A stretch of DNA of 58,335 bases, counting the filler, from Sphacelaria rigidula (lineage: Eukaryota), in assembly GCA_964200075.2 (NCBI GenBank). It is 8 parts of 8 records of this genome, joined end to end, with 100 filler letters (N's around TTAATTAATTAA, not from the genome) between each part and the next. Parts side by side here need not be neighbours in the genome. Positions count along the whole stretch, not along the records: positions 1 to 7,205 come from CAXNAA020015975.1; positions 7,306 to 14,510 come from CAXNAA020015976.1; 6 more parts are not named here. One strand, written 5' to 3'. Positions 1-12,934 of the stretch are shown here, piece after piece. The number at the start of each line of letters is the position of its first letter. Position 1 is the first letter of the stretch. The translations under genes were made by a program, and so were the position numbers. The notes below the pieces were generated by a model. The model was not told where the DNA came from. It saw nothing but the letters and a program-made list of their open reading frames with translations, and did not search any database.

Positions 1-19
1 CACTGCGATACAGACTCAC

Positions 20-158
20 GAGCACCCCCCCCCCCCCCCCCCCGATATCGATCAAAGGCACTTGCGGACGGTACTTCCCTCGGGTTTTTGTCGCATACTG
101 GCTAGCCTCCTCACACCTCATTTCATCGATCAACCTCATTTTATAAAATCCCCTGTTA
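20..158. repeat. End of a dispersed non-autonomous DNA-element family (inverted copy at ~3077-3200)
   Basis: 47-158 (tcgatc...ttgcggacggtacttccctcgggtttttg...aaaatcccctgtta) is the near reverse complement of 3077-3187. Confidence 0.8.
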
Positions 159-1989
159 ACGGTTGGCTACATGCACAAGGCGGAAGTAGAACGCAGTTCC
201 GGCCAGATCCACGCGTAGTCAGTAAACCAACGAAGTGCGTCACCACGGCATTTACGTGGATTTAAACAAGCGGGAACAGAACCGAAGGGCAGCTACAGCA
301 AATCGCTCAGCAGCTATAAGCAGTGTACCAAGGGAGGGGCAGATACGTATCATTAATACGCGAAGCGGAGGCAACGTACCGCAGTCTCTACTACTGTTGT
401 ACGATGCAACCGAACTCAGAGTAAGCTGACGCCCACGACAATCAGAGTAGCAACAAGGCGCCTCACTAAATACAAGTAAAAAACGCAGAAAGATAAAAGC
501 GAGTCACTGACTACAGCTTGAGCAGAAAAACACAACGCCAAGTAACACAACGACCTCCCAACCAAGCAGAACAAAGCCCGTTAATTGACGCCAATTGTTA
601 TAATAATGGAATAGCTAATGCATTGGCTAGGGTCTCCCAGTACGAGTACCAGGAGATACCATTGATTCCAGCTATAACCCAAGCTCTCACGTGGGCACAT
701 CGTACGACCTATAGCTACCATCATGAACAATCACACATAGTCTCATCTATATGTAGACTGCTGATTAGGAACTGACGTGTTTGATAGCATCATGATATAT
801 CTACAAGCAGCTCTCTTACTCAGTGCAGCCGCGGCGGAGCCATAGGAGCAGAGCGTAGTGATGGCCCAGAGTAGACCAAGGCAAAGCCAGTAACTGATCG
901 AAGTGGGTCGGGGCAACCTCTGGCCGCTCCCGAACAATCCTAACCAATGACAGTACCAAACGCGGTACCAACGCGTCACGGAACTCAGGGTTTACGAGCA
1001 GATCCGCACATTGTCATATCTTGCAACGCCTTCGAGCTTCATCACAGTGTTGAACACGTACAAAGCAACTGGAAATTTTGCAGTCAAACTGGATTCAATG
1101 AACCGAGGAAACAAAGAGAAAACTGGACAGTCGGTTGGCCACACAAAATATGAGACGGCAGTCAGTAGTCAAAACCACCAGTAATACAGCAACTAGAACA
1201 CGCAAAACAAAGAGAAGCTTAAGCTGACAGCCCCAAAAATCAACTGAATGAGATTGTCACCCTAGCTGCTACTGGCAGAAAGGTGATATCCTGTCCAGGA
1301 TCAAGTAAACTCTCTTCATCTGCTTGCTAGTTGTTGTGGTTGTAGGGGTGGTGTTATCTAAGAACATGCACGAAGGTAGATAGCAGCCTCAGCAGCCACG
1401 CGTAGTCAACGGAGAATGCAATATTGTACAACCCGGAAACTCACTTAGTAGTCTCGTTCCTGGGGGTGTCCTTGCTCGCATATGTGTGTGTGAGAGAATA
1501 GTACCGGTGCCGGGAACATCACCCTGCTTTATGACGACGTCTTCTACTGCGCCCAGAGGCACTTCCTTTTCAAGCAGAGAGGTGGAGAGGAATCGATCGT
1601 TGCACTGGTCAGCACTATAGACAGGAGAGGACAACCGGGGCATCCCGCGACCTTGTTTCCGCGGCTCTGCTACCCGCCTGCCCACACATGGCAAGCTGGG
1701 TATATGCTGGTACTGTACATGATGCCAATCTCTGCAGCGATTGGGAATCGCCAAACGAGGACATACAAAGGATACCGGCGAGGGGGTTCCTCTCCGCCGT
1801 TGCTCCTCTGGTGATATCGTCATTGACACGCATGTGCACGGCATTCTTTTGGTGCACCTAAACACACCGGCGTAACTGCAACGGAAACTCTGGATGCTTT
1901 CCCGACGTGATACTGCTTGGCGTGAATTCTCGATTCGCGGAATTGGGGTTAAACCCCCATTATAGTGTTCAACCCCAAAAGTTAGAATC

Positions 1990-2200
1990 GGATGTTTGTA
2001 CTCCTCTCGCGATAAAACAAATATAAGGCGAGCGACGCAGAAGGAAGGTGGGGTACTGAAATAAACAGAAATGAAAGCTTCCGTGTTGGCCTCCCACCTG
2101 TGTGACCCCGGCTGGTGCGCCTACATACACCGAGAGGTGTAGACTGGCGTTCAGACTAGATGGGACGACAACGCACACACACAATACATTATATCCCATT
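1990..2200 (+). mobile_element. 5'-truncated copy of the SINE family at 11935-12312
   Basis: gcagaaggaaggtgg...gtgttggcct...cctgtgtgaccccggctg...gatgggacgacaac matches the reverse complement of ~11940-12130. Confidence 0.75.
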
Positions 2201-3076
2201 CTGGAACTAAGTGAACGGGAGAACCTCTGCAAAACGTCCATCGAGTGCATGTAGGAAAAAATTAAAGATGTTCACGGGGGAGCGTTGCAAGGGAGGGTTT
2301 CAGGTTGCCTCTGATAGAAGACTGCAGCAATCACCTCTGTCCTCGTCAGACCCTCGTGGTCTCCGACACCCCAAGTCTGGCGTTGCATGCAACGAGACGT
2401 TGCTCCCTTCCTTCCCGAACATCTTTACAGTGGCTCTTGGCATAAGACACGCTTCTCCTCGGCTTGGCTGTACGGCTGCGTCTCGCGCTAGACGGCATAA
2501 AAAGCTGAAGACACCTGCACCCAACATCTAACCAAGCCTGACTGACGTCTGTTTCCGGTGTCACTTTCACCATCGACCGAGGCAAATGACAACGCTGGCG
2601 CAATCTGCCGCTTTCTCTGTGCGGACTTGATATCGTTCTCTTCCAGAATTTTCATTAGAAAGTCAGAAACATTTTGGAACAGTTTAACCTTTGTGAATAA
2701 TGATGCTTTCAGGTCACGCAGCGCACAAAAAGCGTTGAGTCGCCGAAAATTCTGCGCAGAACCCACATGCGGCTTCATGCGGCATATGCATGAAGTTTCG
2801 GTATCATCATCCTCCAGCCCTGACTCTTGTCATGCTCCCAGCTCTGGCCTGCGATAGCGCCGCGCCTTTTCCGTCACTCCATCTCCTTATCGCATGCCCG
2901 GCTCTCGCAAGGCCTGCCACCTACGTCCACGTCGGGTACCTAGTATGCCTCACACCGAATGCTACGCTAATCCTCGCCCACTCAAAGTCCGTGGTAAGAC
3001 AGGCCCTACCCTCCGTCTGCGAGTGCCGTTTACATTGGCGTTGACGGTAGGACACGAACCCACTCGTGAGCCCCCA

Positions 3077-3320
3077 ATAACAGGGGATTCTGTAAAATGA
3101 GGTTGATCAATGAAATTAGGTTTGAGAAGGCTAGCCAGCATGCAACAAAAACCCGAGGGAAGTACCGTCCGCAAATGCGTTCGATCGTTTTCGGGGGGGT
3201 GGGGCGTACTCATTTGTTGCTTGCCTTAGTCGTTTGACCATCGACCACGCCCCGTCTCGAAAGGTCAATAGTCAAACGACTACGGCAAGCAACAAATGAG
3301 TACGCCCCCCCCCTGATCGA
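3077..3320. mobile_element. MITE-like element piece including a ~120-bp hairpin (3193-3313)
   Basis: Arms ggggcgtactcatttgttgcttgccttagtcgtttgacca and gtcaaacgactacggcaagcaacaaatgagtacgcccc are near-perfect inverted repeats. Single arms recur at ~6855-6900 and ~20950-21000. Confidence 0.75.
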
Positions 3321-3791
3321 ATATACTCACACTCAATGATGGATACATGTAAACAGGCCTGGATGCGAGGGAAATGGATATTGTGATTGGATCATGACAT
3401 ATGGGTGAAGGGCAAATAAGAGATACAGTTCTGCTATTAAAGGCATACCCGATGTGTTGGTTGCAGCAAAAATCTGCTGAGAGGCACACGCCCAATCGCG
3501 TGGCCAAGGAATCAGGCTCTGACGTGTTATTTTTGCATGAGTGGTTTTTCATTATTGACCCCGCCACCTTTTTGGCAGTGCACTTTTGGGGTTTTTACGT
3601 TTTGGGTGGAGAGTATAATATACTTTTATCAACAAGGGAATCAATTCAACAACAGAGGTCCCACGACCTTTTTCAAACATAGACCCTTGCGTCGAGTAGG
3701 AAGTTCAGCCTTTACGCTAGCGATAAGGCTACGCTTTGCGCAGGCGACCTCAGGGTTTATTGAGCCATGAAAAATAAACTCTGAAAATCAA

Positions 3792-5464
3792 GTGGACGAT
3801 ATCATCGTGAAGATACAAGACGCCGACCCAGACGCGGCGAGGGAGATACTATCAGGATACATCCAGGAGCAAGCGAAACAGATACAAGACCTGCGACAAC
3901 AAAGTCAAGCACAGGAAGAGGATCCAAGCCTGGGAGCGCGCGCGTCAGCAACAAGAGCTACGGCCCCCCAGCAGCGCATCCAACCTACGACTACGACAGC
4001 AGCCTTGCGAGACGCACGCCTGCACACGCAGGATCAAGCCCAGATGGTACAGTCTGGCATATTAAGGGTACGTTCACATAACAGTATTGCAGCGTGGGAT
4101 GGTACGGCAAAGAGTGGTGAGAAAGTAAGAGAGAAGTTCATGATTTTCAAGCTTCAAATGACAGCGGATATTACACAGGAGCTCTGCGAAGAGGCTCTTT
4201 ACACAACTTTCCCCATTGGGGTACATTTTGATTCTGAGCGTGATTTGATCGAGAGGTTCGGGAACGAGTTGGTAGGGAAGGCCAGCAAAGCATGGAGCGT
4301 ACTAGTCGAGAAAATTACTTTCGCTCCGCTTGTACAACAGCTTGTAAGACTGGGAAACCCCAGCGAGGGATGGAGGTACATTGTAGACTACTACATCGTT
4401 TCTCCAACCACCGAGAAGGCACAGTTGGATCATCAATGGCAGACCCTCGAAATGAACTTGGGAGAGGACCCCCGCATGTTTCTCGATAAAGCGAAATTGA
4501 TAAGGTACAACCGTGCTAGGCTTGGAGTCGTGATATCTGATGCAGACGCCAATCGTCAATACATACGCCGCTTGTCAAGTGACTTCGAAATCGCCCGTGG
4601 TGTATTGCTTGCAGTGGATCAGTAACCTCAGATACCCTTGAGCGCATGGTGATGACGGCGCATGGAAAGATGGAACTGGCCAGGAGCAGGGCAGGCAGGA
4701 ATCAGGATGGGGTTCAGGGCCACGCGCTTGTCGCTGCCACTGGGGGTGGTAGAGGTGGAGGCGTACTGCAAAACGAACGACAACAGGGCGGTGAGAGACG
4801 TCGTCAGCAGAGTGATGATTTTTGTCATTTTCAAAATATGACCCAGCACGACAACTCCAAATGCAACGCACAACAATACATGCATGCACAAGAAAACCGC
4901 GGTGATCAGGGTGCGTGGAATGGTGTTCGCCAGCAGCAATACCATAGTGCAGACAGTTTTGAAGGTCGTAGGGGTAGCGGACGCGGTAGAATGTACACCC
5001 AATCACCGCAGCTCACTCAGCAACAACAACAGCAGCAACAACGCCAGCAACCCCAGCAGCAGCAGCAGCAAGCGAAACGTGGAGGACGGGGCGCAGGGCG
5101 TGTATTTGGTCACAGGTACGGTGCTTCGGGGCGCGGCGGCGGGAATGCCCACCCAGGCAGTCAGCTGCCGCATTATGACCCACCGCAAGGTGGGTATGAC
5201 TACTCAGGTTATCCTGATGGTTTATACCGCCCCGTAGGCAACGAACCCCCAATTCACCACGCCGACCCCCGTGAACGATGCATCACATGCGACGAACTGG
5301 GCTACATGCATACTTTTTGCCCATGGCGTAGAGTAGTGGGGCCGCAAGTCGATTCGAGGGTGTGTCATGTGAATCCTACCCAGGATCAACCTCGTCACGA
5401 AGGACACCAACCCCCCCTGGACCCATTCCTACGGATCGGTCAACACCGTGCAACTTTACGGTGA
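3792..5464 (+). pseudogene. Copia gag (frameshifted), with Gln/Gly-rich linker and CCHC zinc knuckle
   Basis: ORFs 3792-4625 and 4646-5464 are in different frames. Gag-like helical region (WQTLEMNLGEDPRMFLDKAK) and Cx2Cx4(Y)x4C-like knuckle at ~5278-5320. Confidence 0.8.
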
Positions 5465-5773
5465 CCAAGGGGAGTACGAAGAGAGCAGTCACGTCGAACA
5501 ACAGTGGAATGGAGCGGAAGACGGGTGGGTGTTGGAAGATAGCAGTGACTTCAGCGGTGCAGGTTACGCGCACTGTATCCATTTTCCCCGCAACCCTTCG
5601 CATCCTCCGCAGCTGCCAACAACAGCCAGATCCAGTCATCACCGCAGCAAGGTGAACTTCAACTGCAACACACTCACCAACTGCAGCAGCAGCAACAACC
5701 TCATCATGCCCGACCTGATTCTAATCTACCTTCCTCCGGTTCAGCTTCATCCTCTGCGCCGCTTCATCTGTGC

Positions 5774-6252
5774 ATGGCACACACTGTGTCCCAAGGCCAG
5801 TCACGTTTTGACTTGGGTGATTTTACTTTGGGGGTTGCTTTGCTTAACCAGAGTGGGTCGGGGTTTGATGTGGATGATGGTACAGAGGAGTGGATAAGTG
5901 ATAATGGTGCTTCACACCATACCACTGGTTCAATGATTGGTATGTTTGATTTACCCCCCCCCCCCCGAAAGGAAATGAACACGTGATGGTGGGGAACGGT
6001 ACAATTCTCCCTGTCAGAGCAGTAGGGAGTTTGAAGCTCAAATTTCACATGGGAAATTCCACCACCCCGAAATCCGTCGGTGCGTCCTCAGAATTTTGCG
6101 TGCAGTTGACTGATGTTTACGTTCTTGAAGGTATACATTTCAACCTTTTTTCTCTGCACCAAGTGCAGAAGACGCAGGATTTACTTTTGACTGAAACAGG
6201 AGTGCACATGTTTGACGGTCAGCTTCGCTTCGATCGCAATGAGCGGTCTTAA
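5774..6252 (+). pseudogene. Copia aspartic protease (frameshifted at a poly-C tract)
   Basis: EEWISDNGASHHTTG, then MVGNGTILPVRAVGSLKL...LTDVYVLEGIHFNLFSL in the next frame. Confidence 0.88.
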
Positions 6253-6318
6253 TCACAAAGGGCCACTCGATTGACGTCAACATACGAAAACCACCCACTT
6301 GCCGTGCCAGCTGTAATT

Positions 6319-6590
6319 GTTACTGCCCCTCCCTCAAGCGTTCGATTACACTCCGTTCCTCCGGCGAACGTTGTAACTTCAAGTGTTGGTGTCCAGTCCG
6401 CTTCATCCGCAAGCGTTGTTACTGCCCCTCCCCCAAGCGTTCGATTCCAGTCCGTTCCTCCGGCGAACATTGTAACTTTAAGTGTTGGTGTCCAGTCCGC
6501 TTCACCCGCAAGCGTTGTTACTGCCCCTTCTCCAAGCGTTCGATTCCAGTCCGTTCCTCCGGCGAACGTAGTGGCTTCAGTGTTGGTGTA
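6319..6590 (+). repeat. 99-bp in-frame tandem repeat (~2.7 copies) between copia protease and integrase
   Basis: gttactgcccct recurs at 6319, 6418 and 6517. The unit is 33 aa: VTAPPxSVRxxSVPPANxVTxSVGVQSASxASV. Confidence 0.9.
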
Positions 6591-6914
6591 CAGTCCACTT
6601 CCCCTGGAAGCGTTGTACCTGCTCCCACGAATGGTGTTGGTTCCCTCCGTGCAGTCCAAGGGCTTCACGGCCCAGACTTGAGTGTGTTCAAGGATGAAGC
6701 CCTGATGGCTGGATTTGACATGACCCCTCCCCAAGATTTTTTCCCGCGTTTTCTGAGTGAAGGAATGGGAGTTGTGGCTAAAAACGGGACGGCTCTTGCT
6801 GTTCTTGCCCCCAGCCCTCACCCACTTTTCACTCCGTCTCGAAAGGGATGCGTGGTCAATGGTCAAATGACTAAGGCAAGCAACAAATGAGTACACCCAC
6901 TTTCAGTTGGAAAA

Positions 6915-7205
6915 CCGAAACAAGAAGTCAACATTATTTTTTTCCACGTTTCCCTTCCCCACATTCATGAGACGTTGCTGCGGGAAACTGTAAAACAACA
7001 GGGCATTACATTGACGGGGATACTGGCGCCATGTGCGGGATGTATGGAAGCGAAGGGACAGAGGGCAGGTTTTCCGCGAAGCCTGGGCACGAGAGCAACG
7101 ACTGTACTTGGCAGGGTGCATCTCGACCTCACCGGCCCACACCCTCGTACTCTGGGTGCATCAACCCATATGCTGGGCTGCGTCGACAGCAAGTCGCGCT
7201 TCATG
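6915..7205 (+). pseudogene. Copia GAG-pre-integrase and integrase N-terminus
   Basis: HETLLRETVKQQGITLTGILAPCAGCMEAKG...RVHLDLTGP...GCVDSKSRFM. Confidence 0.88.
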
Positions 7206-7686
7206 NNNNNNNNNNNNNNNNNNNNNNNNNNNNNNNNNNNNNNNNNNNNTTAATTAATTAANNNNNNNNNNNNNNNNNNNNNNNNNNNNNNNNNNNNNNN
7301 NNNNNGCTCCGTCCCGGCTTCGTAGGGATGCGAGGTCAATGGTGTTATGACTATGGCATGCATGATCATGAGAACATCCCTTCCTCGGGACGAGTCCATG
7401 GTGTCAAGGAATCAAGCCATCTACACCCGGTATACACCTTGCATTTTGGTGTTGCGGATTGGGTCAGCACTCCCAGACCGCGTCAACTGTCGTCAAACGA
7501 ACTCGATCAATGACTTCTTATCTACACACGAACTCGCGCTTTCGAAGGTGGAAATCAGATACAGCACCCCAAGTTTTTAGCAGGAAATTTCGTGAATTTT
7601 TTGTGACTGGCGATTTTCTGAGGTTCTTTTGCTTGCCGCCGCTCATCGCATTTGGGACCTGAAAATACCAGTATCGGCTCCGTATT

Positions 7687-8070
7687 CCAAGAAAATAAAA
7701 TCCATCTGTAGTCAATATTGAGTGACTTACGGGCTGACCGGTCATCGGGGGTCTCGCCACGTTTCAGCCCAAATTCTGACTCATCGGTATTTTCGGTCCA
7801 TCGAGCCTGTCCCGATCGTGATTGTGAAGAAATGAAGAGGCTTTTTTTCTTGTAATTCTACCTACCTATTGTACCAGAGCCGAATACCTGTCTTTCACGG
7901 TCAATAACACCCTCCTGGTGAACGGGGTATCCACTGGTATCGCCCGTTAACATCGATCAGCACTAACTTGGGCACTGCGGGGGGACGACGATACGGTTCT
8001 TTACCGTAATCCATTGACGCTAGAAAATTCAAGTTTGATCGAAGAGTATATGCGAGAGAAATTCCAACTT
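7687..8070 (+). repeat. Dispersed ~380-bp repeat (second copy ~14797-15180)
   Basis: Shared collinear blocks tgagtgacttacgggctgaccgg, gccacgtttcagccca, tttcacggtcaataacaccctcct, cttgggcactg and gacgctag occur in both contigs. Confidence 0.85.
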
Positions 8071-8479
8071 GAGCCGTGCCTATATCGAACTTGGGGTACT
8101 ACACTTCGAAGAAAAAGTCCAATTCCATGGAACTCGAACCCAGGTTCTCTCCATATCATACCGTATATTTCAATGCAGCCGTTTACGAGCGAATAGGACT
8201 GTGGACACGCAAACAGTACAGAAGTACAGTGCCGTATGCATGCACCACACAACAGCTCAGCTCAGTACAGCACAGTCGAAATAATACACTGTTCGGACGA
8301 ATCAGAGTTCATACGGGTTGATTCCCCATGACTGTTGAATGCGAATCACGTACCAAAGGGTCATCTGGTATGAACCACGGATGGTGAAGTTGTACATTCA
8401 AGGTCATACAGCACGAATCGCGGACTGGGAATGTGTACACTCCGCGTAGTATTAGACGAATCAAGAGTGCAAAATATAT

Positions 8480-9720
8480 ACGAATCACACTTCCTGTATG
8501 AATCTTGGGTGGGAAACATGTCCACTTTATTCATCTCGTATGAATCAATGGCAGGGAACATGTACGTACGGTTTATGCTGCATGGACGGAGATTCGGAAA
8601 CATGTACGCTTGATTCACCTCGTATGGATGGAAGGCGGAGAACATGTACGTATGATTCATTCGGTATGAACAGAAATTGGGAGACATGTACGCTTGATTC
8701 ACCTCGTATGGAAGGAAGGTTCAGAACGCGTGCCTATTATTTATGCCGCATGGATAAAAGGGGAAATACATGTACGCTTGATCCACCTCGTATGAATGTA
8801 AGGTAGAAAACCTGTACATGAATCACATGATTCATGCTGTATGAATAATAAGAAAATAAACAGCTGGAAGAATCATGCTAGACGCACAGATGCGTGCTGT
8901 GCCATGCTGTATCGTACTGCCCGCGGACTGCAGAGTACACCGCCGGAGTTTACAACCGCGAGCATGCGAGGACAACTTGTGCGTGGTAGTGTGCACAGTA
9001 TGCTGAGGTCGACTGTACCACAGAACACAACATGAAACCACAAAGGCTGTCAATAGCATAGCTCGGGCGATAAAACTGGCTAGAAAAATCGCTCTGGGCA
9101 CGCGTCTGCGTTTGTACTACCACAGTTGATGCGTTACGTGTGGGTACCAAATTTGGGATTGGTTTCTTTGTTGAGGATTTGGTGCTTGAGGGGTTCGCGA
9201 CCTGTACGCTCAAATTTGCCTACCTCGCCTGCAAAATGGGCCGCGCCACCGAAGGTCGCACCCCATGAAATGACCGGTGGGAAAAAACATGTTCACATGA
9301 TTAATGTTATACGAATATAAGGTGGAGAACATGTACGCAAGATTCGCGCTGCAAAAAGGAATTTTGGGCTACATATATACTTGATCCATCTTGTATGAAT
9401 GGAAGGTAGGAAACATGTACGTATGATTCATGCCGCGTGAATGGCAAGTGGCAAACGTGTACGCTTGATTCACCTCATATAAATGGAAGGTGGGGAACAT
9501 GTACGTATGATTCATGCTGCACGAACAGAAATTGGGAGAAATGTACGCTTGATTCACCTCGTACGAGTAGGGCGTGAAGAACGTGTGCCCATGATTCATG
9601 CTGAAAAAATGGAAATTGGGAAACATGTACCTATCATTCACGCCATACGAATGGAGGGTAGGAAAGCATGGAGGGTAGGAAACGTGTACCTTTGACGGTG
9701 TACCGCACGAATCACGAAGT
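8480..9720. repeat. Two diverged ~41-42-bp minisatellite blocks (8480-8840, 9280-9720) with alternating subunits
   Basis: aacatgtacg(c/t)(t/a)tgattca is followed alternately by cctcgtatg(a/g)atggaagg and tgctgca...gaaattggg, giving a ~83-bp dimer. Confidence 0.85.
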
Positions 9721-11934
9721 GAGAACAAGTATACCTCATGCAGTGTAGTACGAATCATGAACCCACAACGTGTACAAATCACACCTTGTGTACGAATCGT
9801 ATGATGAATTCGTTCCAATGCTGATTATGATTCGAATCACGATTTTATTTATCGGAGCCGTGAAATAATGAAAACTATATGAAGCATTCCCACCCTGCCC
9901 CGAAAGTAGCAAGACGAGAGGAGAAGACCTCCCATAGATTGCCAGAAAGGATGCATGGATTGAGTGTACGTGGTGGCAAAATTCATTCTGCTATTTGCGT
10001 ATTTTAGCACTGCGTAGCTGTAGCGAGAGGGCAGCACCAATTGTCGTAGGTAGACCTGATTTGGTCGTACTGCTGTACTATACTTGTTAACACACACAAA
10101 CCGAGGTTCACTTCTGGATCTTTGGACGGGCAACACCGGCTAAGGTTTTCGGGGACCGATTCTGTACAATTGTTCACCATATACCTATTCATGCGGATTT
10201 CATGCAGGTCGGCCGGTCACGTTACAACTATTTCATCCCAATTCCTGCCCAAGCACTATTCGGCACTCTGGCAATGGGTCCCTCTCATAGCACCGTGACG
10301 ATACGGTATCGGTTTTGACTGGCGCTAATCCAACCATACCAGCAGAGGGCGAGGGACCAAGCAGCTAGCACAACCCAACGTCGGCAGCTTTTTGGCTTTC
10401 ATTTCTTCGAGAAGGTGTAGAGTAACCTATGCCACTGAGCGTTGCACCGTTCAGACACGGTGTTGGAAGGCAGCTCAGGTGTTCCACGGTGAAAGTACAT
10501 CGATTGGAGTACGAAATCTACATGCATGCGTGTTCGTCGTGACTTGCTTTCAACGTAGCAATGTACCGTGCTTTGGGTTGCGCCGCCACCACAACCAGTT
10601 AGCGTACCAACGAGGCTACACAACAGGTTTCCGCGACTCACTGATGTAAGACAAATGCAGTGGTTACCATGCGATGAAGGCTTACCCGTTCTTGGTGTTG
10701 CTCCCCTGTTTCCCTGCTGCGCTTGCATTTTTAAGTTGGATCCTTGCAGTGGTCCTCTTTCGCCGGTTCGGTTGATGCTGGAACAGCTAACAGCTACAAG
10801 GGCGATGGAACCTGCTGTTCGCGCTGCGCTCGGGCGACTGAGAACTCTCGGGGCAAGGGAGGCCGTGTTCGCTGACTTGCTAGGGGACATGAGCACGGTA
10901 TGTCCGCGAATCTATCGTTCCCGAACCAAGTACCGTTCGTACCTTAGCACGTCAGAATTTCTCCAACAGCGGAGGCAGTAGCAGCGTTGGTGTCATAAGT
11001 ATGGAAGTAGACTGCTGCACCTATCCTGGACAACGTGGGCAACGTGGACAACGCCGGTGCTCAGTTGGATCCAGTTTTACGTATTTGGTTTTATCGTGTA
11101 GTCTTCACGTAGAAGTGAGGCTTCGTCGAAACTCTCAGAAGAAACAACGAGCGATGAAACCCTGGGCATCCAACTCTTCCACCACACCACATTCTGCGCA
11201 GTGTTTGAGATATATTGCAGCCTTGCACTTGGCATGGTCTTTGTTCACATCTTTCACTGCATAAGAGATATTTATTGTTCCCGAGGATATAATATATACT
11301 GCGGTAGTATCTCGTCGACGATGTTCCTTGTCCTAGTCCGCGGTCAAACGGTACTGCAACACGGTACGCGCTAGTGATTGAGCGATCAGTGGCCAAGAAG
11401 CTCGCGAAAGGGCGAAAATGTAGCATGACTGGTCCTCCGTTAATGACGCTGCCCCTCGCCTTTTCTTTTCTGCGAAGTACCTGTCGAAGGCACAATAGGG
11501 CAGTCATTTCTCGCCTACCGGACCACCTCGGGACCATTGATGGCGAAGCGTGGCTGACGTGACGTGAGCTGTCCCAACTGATGTCACATGCGCACTGCAC
11601 GGCTACTCTGAATCCCTATTTGAACATTAATACTGCACGCGTTGCACCTTCACACCCTTTACCTCGTTTTAATGGAGGACCACCCGGCAGAAGAAACGCT
11701 GTGGTCATACTCCATTGCATATATGTAGGGATTCAATCATCACCGTGGGTGTCATACTCAGTTTTGGCTTCTCTTGATTGTTGCGTGTTGATAAGCATCA
11801 CCATTATCCTACCCAACTGCGTGCATGGGGACTTGCGTACTGCAGGGATTCGTCGCGGCGAACGGTTCCGAGAATTTTCCTGTGGTGGGAAGGGGCACCG
11901 CCGGATATGGTCTATTCTGTGGAGGATCGCGGCC

Positions 11935-12312
11935 AGCAAGGTACATTACAGTGTGCATGTGTTGTCATCCCATCTTTTCTGGACGCGAGTTTACACCTTT
12001 CGGTTTATGTGGGGGCATCAGCCGGGGTCACACAGGAGGAAGGCCAACACAGGAGTTTTTCTTTGTTTTTTTGTTTTCAGTAATCCACCGTCCTTCTGCG
12101 GTGCTTGCCTCAATTTCGTTTCTGCGAGAGGGGTCCAGCAACCGCGTACTCTCGTCGACCGTTGAGTCGAATTTTGTGTACCCACGACATTGTCGCTCTC
12201 CACTGTCGGGCGTTGTGTGAGGAAAAAACCCAGATCGTATGACCCGAGACTCGAACTCACGGCGAATCCGTCAGGTGTGTTCGAGGTTACCAACTGAGCC
12301 AACCGAGCGACC
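11935..12312 (-). mobile_element. tRNA-derived SINE
   Basis: The minus strand starts ggtcgctcggtTGGCTCAGTTGG (A box, 12290-12301) and has GAGTTCGAGTC (B box, 12248-12258). The body is shared with the 1990-2200 copy. Confidence 0.75.
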
Positions 12313-12934
12313 GTATGATTTAAGAGTCAGGCATTGGACTGTAGAAGGTATATACCCTGAATCGTCCACACCGACAAGGTGCATCTGCTCTTGTCCACTT
12401 TCGTGGATAATATATATAGAATACGCAATATCGTTTGTTAAGTGAGCAAGGTACGGTGATGTCACATCTTCAGAGTACCGTTTCAGTGTCATCATCGGCA
12501 GGGAAGAAGCGCTGCATAGACGGTCCACCTACTGAGCACTGCAGAGCACGAGTGAGAGTAGTAGCAGCGTCACATATGGCACCCACTAGGTGCTTCGTAT
12601 TTAAATGACACTCGAGTCATGAATCCACTCACCGAAAGATTATCTTGTTTCCCAGCTATCTAAACAAGAAATTTTCACAATGTGCTTACTGAGAAAGTAT
12701 CCTCGCGAGCAGCACTAGATGGGGACGGGATGTGCCCACGATCGTTCCCTTAATGGCTTCCTTCACAGTATCAAAGTGTACCCCTGACATACGAATGAGC
12801 GGTGAATTCAACATGCAGTGCTCTGTAGCCTGTTACACCAGGAAATGGTTTTGTTGCTGTTATTACCAAAGCTCTTTCTGCGTATAATAATAGTTTCTTA
12901 GAATGTTTCACACATCGGACGAGTCTTTACTCGT

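Larger units (their letters stand above)
3750..7205 (+). mobile_element. Degenerate Ty1/copia LTR retrotransposon (gag-protease-integrase; truncated by contig end)
   Basis: Gag-like ORF, CCHC knuckle (CITCDELGYMHTFC), protease (WISDNGASHH), GAG-pre-integrase (LLRETVKQQGITLTG...CAGC) and integrase start (RVHLDLTGP...VDSKSRF) are in copia order. A possible degenerate PBS (ggtttattgagcc) lies at ~3754-3766. Multiple frameshifts and stops. Confidence 0.92.

Noticed and set aside
160-1410. Possible LTR or retroelement leader; 13-mer ccacgcgtagtca at ~210 and ~1396
   Set aside because: No paired LTR, defined termini or adjacent coding domain could be shown.
2430-2960. Coding-like minus-strand segment (LFTKVKLFQNVSDFLMKILEENDIK...)
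   Set aside because: Short, interrupted, with no recognisable domain or partner exons.
8480-9720. Repeat-protein ORFs (YMFPxF...) or a CRISPR array
   Set aside because: The ORFs are translations of a diverged non-coding minisatellite. The frame is not preserved and there are no unique spacers.
10560-10981. Possible exons (LMLEQLTATRAMEPAVRAALGRL...)
   Set aside because: No consistent splice chain or identifiable homology.
12240-12312. Functional tRNA gene
   Set aside because: A and B boxes are present, but I could not build a convincing cloverleaf, and it is fused to a body repeated elsewhere. It is better explained as a SINE head.
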